Made by a program: the position numbers and the translations under genes
The notes under the pieces: model-generated
What the model was told of the DNA's origin: nothing
What the model saw: the letters and a program-made list of their open reading frames with translations, nothing else
The model's database searches: none
Part shown: one piece after another, positions 59,739 through 64,000 of the stretch
How the letters are laid out: each line of letters starts with the position of its first letter
How positions within the stretch are numbered: the first letter of the stretch is position 1
Virus record (IMG/VR): IMGVR_UViG_3300025502_000006
Direction: 5' to 3' (one strand)
Length of the DNA: 64,000 nt
Origin: an uncultured virus (IMG/VR IMGVR_UViG_3300025502_000006)
Lineage: Duplodnaviria > Heunggongvirae > Uroviricota > Caudoviricetes

Positions 59739-62700
59739 TTAGGTTTTACCGACTAATACTTCGACGACACCTTCTGGGGTTGGTCCGTTGAATGCTTCTA
59801 ATGCTTTGCCGATGATAGTACCAGCTTTAACCGTAGCAGGATTGCCTGCACAACCATAACCAGCTTGATCAGAAGTAATAATCAAGTCACCTTTTTCAAT
59901 CGGGCCAATAATTTTGCACGGTACTCTTCCGATCAGTGCTAGTTCAATAACAAACTGTCCTTCTGGTGCAACACATCCTGCGTTATACACTTGAGCAGGG
60001 TTAGTTGTTACAACACCCGCTACTGCATGGAGTCCTTTGACACCTGCTATAGAACATTCTGCTTCTCCACCGAACGTAACAACTGTTCCTGCTTCGTATT
60101 GAGCGTCCGCAGTATATTTCTCAGCCAAATCCGCATAAGTTGCGTTAAGAGTTGAGCCTGATGTTAGTGTATAGTCACCAGTGATCGTACCTGCTGTTGA
60201 ATTAGAGCCTGTAGTGATAATTGTTGATTGCATAGTACCTGTATTAGTTATACCTGATACAGTTAATGAACTTAAAGTACCTACTGATGTAATATTTGGT
60301 TGTGCCGCAGTTGTTACTGTAGCCGCTGTCCCAGTCGCTGACGCCGCGGTCCCTGTAACACTGATTCCCCATGATCCTGATGCTCCTGAACCACTAGTAC
60401 TTGGTGCACCGATAGTATTGTACGATATAATTCTAGCTGTACCACCATTAAACGTTGTTCCTGAAGATACACCTGAACCACTATTATTAAATGTAACTGA
60501 TTGGGTTGTACTGGCTGTAATTGTGGTTGATGCACCTAATGCAACAGTTGAACCGTTAACTGTCACAGAATCATTTGCAAGTCTTGCTTGTGCTAATGTT
60601 CCGCTTGAAACGTTCGATGCATTTAGTGTTGATAAGCCTGAGCCATCACCAGTAAAGACGCCAGTGTTAGCAGTAAATGCTGGTGCAGTTATAGTACCAC
60701 TTGAATTTAATGAAGTGAGTACACCGACTGATGTGATATTTCCTTGAGCCGCTGTTGTTACAGAACCTGCTGTAGTTGCTGATGTCGCTGTTGCGGCTGA
60801 GCCACTTACTGAACCAGTGATCGTCGATGATACAGTTAAACCTGATAATGTACCTACACTTGTTATGTTAGGTTGTGCGGCAGTTGATACTGTACCTGCT
60901 GTAGTTGCTAAAGCAACGGTGCCTGATACATTTGCCCCTGCTACTGCGTTTGCTGTTGCGGCAATAGTTGCTGATGTCGCTGTTGCGGCTGAGCCACTTA
61001 CTGAACCAGTGATCGTCGCTGTTACTGACAGCGCGGATAGCGTACCTACTGAAGTAATGTTGGGCTGTGCCGCTACACTTACAGTACCTGCATATCCTGT
61101 TGTATTCTGATTAAGTGTTGAAACATAACTTGATCCAATACTTGTACCTTGCCATGTACCTGAACTGATTGTACCAACGCTTGTTAGTGATGAACCAGTC
61201 ACACCTGAAGCAATTGAAGTACCTGTTAATATCTGTGCGTTTGCAGTAATGGCAACGTTGGCGCCAGCAGTCATTTGACCTTTGCTGTTAACAGTAAATG
61301 TTGCGTTATGCGTTCCATTACCGTATGATTGTGCTGTTACTGCTGTATTTGTAATTGAAAATTCGGTGCCTGTTAGTGTTAGTCCTGCACCTGCTGTGTA
61401 TGTTCCTGCTCCAGAGAACTGAACAAAATTTACACCAGATGTTCCAACAGTTGTCACTGGATCAGTCATTACCCAACCTGAGTCATTATAAACTGTACCT
61501 TGTTGTATGAATACAAAGTCACCACCTGCCATTTCTGTTGGGGTATCAAAGTCTGATGCTCTTGTTAATACTGTTGCTGATGTTTTAACATATATGCCGT
61601 TGTTTGCGGCCTCACTTTCATCTTTAACTAAGATTCTGTCGTTCGTTGAAGTTGTAACACCATCAATTGTGTTGAACGTACCAGAGGATGTTGTTAATGT
61701 CGCACCAACACCTGCTGTTCCGTTGTTGTATGTAACAGTACCACCAGTGATAGATGTTAATGTGCTTGCAGTTGCTACTCTACCGGGTGCCTGAACTGCA
61801 AGTCCTTGTGCAACATCATCTACATATTGTTTGGTTGCCGCATCAGTTGATGCTGTAGGTGTTGCCAAGTCTGTAATTCGTTTTGAACTAACTGCTACTG
61901 CACCAGTTCCTGTTGGTATCAGTGTAATCGGCTGATCCGTGCCAATCGCTGTGAGCGTGATGCCGGCTGATTTGCCAATAATTGCATCTGTTACCACATT
62001 TCCGGTAGTATCTACGTTTCCTGTAGTCGTTACTGAACTTAAAGTGCCGACTGATGTAATATTCGGTTGTGCCGCAGTTGTTACAGTACCTGCTGTAGTT
62101 GCTAATGCAACCGTACCTGATACATTTGCTCCTGCTACTGCATTTGCTACTTGAGCAAAATCTACTTCACCTGAAACATTTGCACCTGCTACTGCGTTTG
62201 CTGTGGTTGCGAATGCTACTGCACCCGAGACATTTGCCCCTGCTACTGCGTTTGCTGTGGTTGCGAATGCGACTGCGCCTGATACGTTTGCTCCTGCTAC
62301 TGCGTTTGCTGATGTAGCACTTGTTGCTAGTGCGACTGCGCCTGATACGTTTGCTCCTGCTACTGCGTTTGCTGATGTAGCACTTGTTGCTAGTGCGACT
62401 GCGCCTGATACGTTTGCTCCTGCGATATCAGTTAGTCCTGAACCATCGCCTGTAAAGATACCTGTGTTAGCAGTAATGTTAACCGCAGTTAGTGTTCCGT
62501 TGATGCTCAATCCAGATAATGTACCCACTGATGTAATATTTGGCTGTGCCGCGGTTGATACTGTGCCTGATGTAGTTGCTAGAGCAACTGTACCTGAGAC
62601 ATTTGCACCTGCTACCGCATTTGCTGTTGCGGCAAAATCTACTTCACCTGAGACATTTGCACCTGCTACCGCATTTGCTGTTGCGGCAAAATCTACTTCA

Positions 62701-63998
62701 CCTGAGACATTTGCACCTGCTACCGCATTTGCTACTTGAGCAAAATCTACTTCGCCAATAACTTCTGAACCTGCCAGTGATGTTAAGTTTGCGCCGTCAC
62801 CAGACACGTATGTAAATACACCACCTGTTCCGTTAACATTGCCTGCTCCAACATTGCCAGTTACAGTTAATGCGGTTAAAGTACCTGTACTTGTTATATT
62901 TGGTTGTGCGGCAGTTGTTACAGTAGCCGCTGTCCCTGTCGCTGAGCCAGAAGAACCAGTGATTGAACCTGTAATCGGATTAGTCACTGTTAATCCAGAT
63001 AGTGTACCTACAGAAGTAATAGCAGTCTGTGCCGCTGTACCTAACGTACCGTTTAATGTAGTCGCTGTAACAATTGGAGCTGATAAAATGTTTGTGTCTG
63101 TATCAAATGTGAATGTTGCATCTGCTCCAAAATCACCATCATCATTAAAGATGACTTCTGTGTTTGAGCCAGCTGGCTGTTGAAAATCTACTGGTGATCC
63201 GTTTGCATAATAATAGTTGTCTGTTTTGATACCGGCAATCGCAGTAATATTACCAGTAACATTTAAATAACCTGATGTGCCTACGCCTTCTGCGTTGTCA
63301 GTTGATTCGATTAAGAAAATATTTGCTTTACCCGTAGAACTCCACGTTACAGCGTTTGCACTGTTATCTACTACGGCCCAGTCACATGCGTTTTCGATAG
63401 TTGCAATACCACCTTCCTGAATGTATACGCCATAGTTTCCTATACTTGAACCTGACGCAGTTCCGAATACACCGATGTTGTATCCACTTGCATGTATGTC
63501 TGTAGTGACACCTCTTACGCCTACTGCGGCTCCCGTGTCAGTCGTATCATCAATCGCACCGAGGCCATATACACCAGTACCTTTAGTTGCGCCTGCAGTT
63601 TTACCTATACCGTATACTCCGATACCAGTAATACCAACATCACCTGCATCACCTTGTGCTTCACCAACAAGGCCAATTTGATCACTGAATGTTTTACCAG
63701 TGTTATCTGCTGAGAAAATACCTACTGCGTTTCCAAAGTCAGCACTAGATGCTGATGCACCTGATAGAAGACTTGTTAAAGTACCGACGCTAGTAATGTT
63801 AGTTTGGGCGGCTGTGCCTAGGGTACCGTTTAAGGTTGTTGCTGTTACTATTGGTGCCGCTAAAATGTTTGTATCTGTATCAAATGTGAATAGTGAGTCG
63901 GCACCAAAATTACCGTTATCATTGAAGATAATTTGTGTGTTTGCACCAGCTGGTACTTGTAAGTCCCATGCTTCGCCGTTTGCATAAAGTAAGTTGTC
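59739..63998 (-). CDS. repeat-rich tail fibre/adhesin with C-terminal peptidase G2/IMC-like domain, 5' truncated
   Basis: Frame stays open from 62987 to the window edge (at least 1419 aa); TAAQPNITSVGTL repeats, DAATKQYVD, YADLAEKY...GRVPCK...KGDL...GTIIGKAL. Confidence 0.88.
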   Translation of the reverse strand, partial: DNLLYANGEAWDLQVPAGANTQIIFNDNGNFGADSLFTFDTDTNILAAPIVTATTLNGTLGTAAQTNITSVGTLTSLLSGASASSADFGNAVGIFSADNTGKTFSDQIGLVGEAQGDAGDVGITGIGVYGIGKTAGATKGTGVYGLGAIDDTTDTGAAVGVRGVTTDIHASGYNIGVFGTASGSSIGNYGVYIQEGGIATIENACDWAVVDNSANAVTWSSTGKANIFLIESTDNAEGVGTSGYLNVTGNITAIAGIKTDNYYYANGSPVDFQQPAGSNTEVIFNDDGDFGADATFTFDTDTNILSAPIVTATTLNGTLGTAAQTAITSVGTLSGLTVTNPITGSITGSSGSATGTAATVTTAAQPNITSTGTLTALTVTGNVGAGNVNGTGGVFTYVSGDGANLTSLAGSEVIGEVDFAQVANAVAGANVSGEVDFAATANAVAGANVSGEVDFAATANAVAGANVSGTVALATTSGTVSTAAQPNITSVGTLSGLSINGTLTAVNITANTGIFTGDGSGLTDIAGANVSGAVALATSATSANAVAGANVSGAVALATSATSANAVAGANVSGAVAFATTANAVAGANVSGAVAFATTANAVAGANVSGEVDFAQVANAVAGANVSGTVALATTAGTVTTAAQPNITSVGTLSSVTTTGNVDTTGNVVTDAIIGKSAGITLTAIGTDQPITLIPTGTGAVAVSSKRITDLATPTASTDAATKQYVDDVAQGLAVQAPGRVATASTLTSITGGTVTYNNGTAGVGATLTTSSGTFNTIDGVTTSTNDRILVKDESEAANNGIYVKTSATVLTRASDFDTPTEMAGGDFVFIQQGTVYNDSGWVMTDPVTTVGTSGVNFVQFSGAGTYTAGAGLTLTGTEFSITNTAVTAQSYGNGTHNATFTVNSKGQMTAGANVAITANAQILTGTSIASGVTGSSLTSVGTISSGTWQGTSIGSSYVSTLNQNTTGYAGTVSVAAQPNITSVGTLSALSVTATITGSVSGSAATATSATIAATANAVAGANVSGTVALATTAGTVSTAAQPNITSVGTLSGLTVSSTITGSVSGSAATATSATTAGSVTTAAQGNITSVGVLTSLNSSGTITAPAFTANTGVFTGDGSGLSTLNASNVSSGTLAQARLANDSVTVNGSTVALGASTTITASTTQSVTFNNSGSGVSSGTTFNGGTARIISYNTIGAPSTSGSGASGSWGISVTGTAASATGTAATVTTAAQPNITSVGTLSSLTVSGITNTGTMQSTIITTGSNSTAGTITGDYTLTSGSTLNATYADLAEKYTADAQYEAGTVVTFGGEAECSIAGVKGLHAVAGVVTTNPAQVYNAGCVAPEGQFVIELALIGRVPCKIIGPIEKGDLIITSDQAGYGCAGNPATVKAGTIIGKALEAFNGPTPEGVVEVLVGKT
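62100..62753. repeat. in-frame tandem repeats in the fibre gene (54-bp and 63-bp units)
   Basis: Perfect 63-bp period at 62268-62423 and 54-bp period at 62592-62733, encoding ANAVAGANVSG units. Confidence 0.95.
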
Positions 63999-64000
63999 AG

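Noticed and set aside
62100..62753. CRISPR or non-coding repeat array
   Set aside because: Units are multiples of three, contiguous and inside the fibre reading frame.
60181..63987. Plus-strand Val/Ala/Pro-rich ORFs
   Set aside because: Antisense shadows of the fibre gene; the same applies to ORFs opposite clpX, the ligase, the S8 protease, metK and nrdAB.
1..64000. Bacterial chromosome origin, or stop-codon reassignment
   Set aside because: PAAR, fibre, T4-like late motifs and dense small ORFs indicate a phage; conserved genes are full length and TAA, TAG and TGA all end genes.

Overview
AT-rich segment of a large T4-related (jumbo-type) myophage genome, standard genetic code. The host is probably an aquatic proteobacterium (inferred from the pilin, IscU, Fpr and Clp sequences). 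Contents in order: (i) two blocks of small, mostly hypothetical minus-strand genes behind sigma70-type promoters (~1-5.9 kb, ~21.9-33.7 kb), several bounded by short direct repeats or present as paralogues; (ii) a host-takeover block with clpP, two type IV (MSHA-like) pilins, clpS, hsp20 with a ROSE-like leader, ribosomal protein bS21, clpX, lipoproteins and an ATP-dependent DNA ligase; (iii) a sugar-nucleotide/glycan operon (34.4-38.6 kb); (iv) a tailoring-enzyme cluster (2OG-Fe(II) oxygenases, PP-loop enzyme, S8 protease, GNAT, methyltransferase, radical SAM) beside cofactor-supply genes (fpr, DUF1289, iscU, metK) and tRNA-Leu(UAA); (v) a large structural protein, PAAR, glutaredoxin, nrdB/nrdA and a repeat-rich tail fibre truncated by the window edge. 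Most notable: the phage-encoded pilin pair with late-type promoters; a TAAATA-N5-start architecture on nine genes implying leaderless late mRNAs; repeat-bounded single-gene cassettes; and an unexplained ~160-nt structured intergenic element. All functional calls come from reading motifs by eye. No database searches were run.
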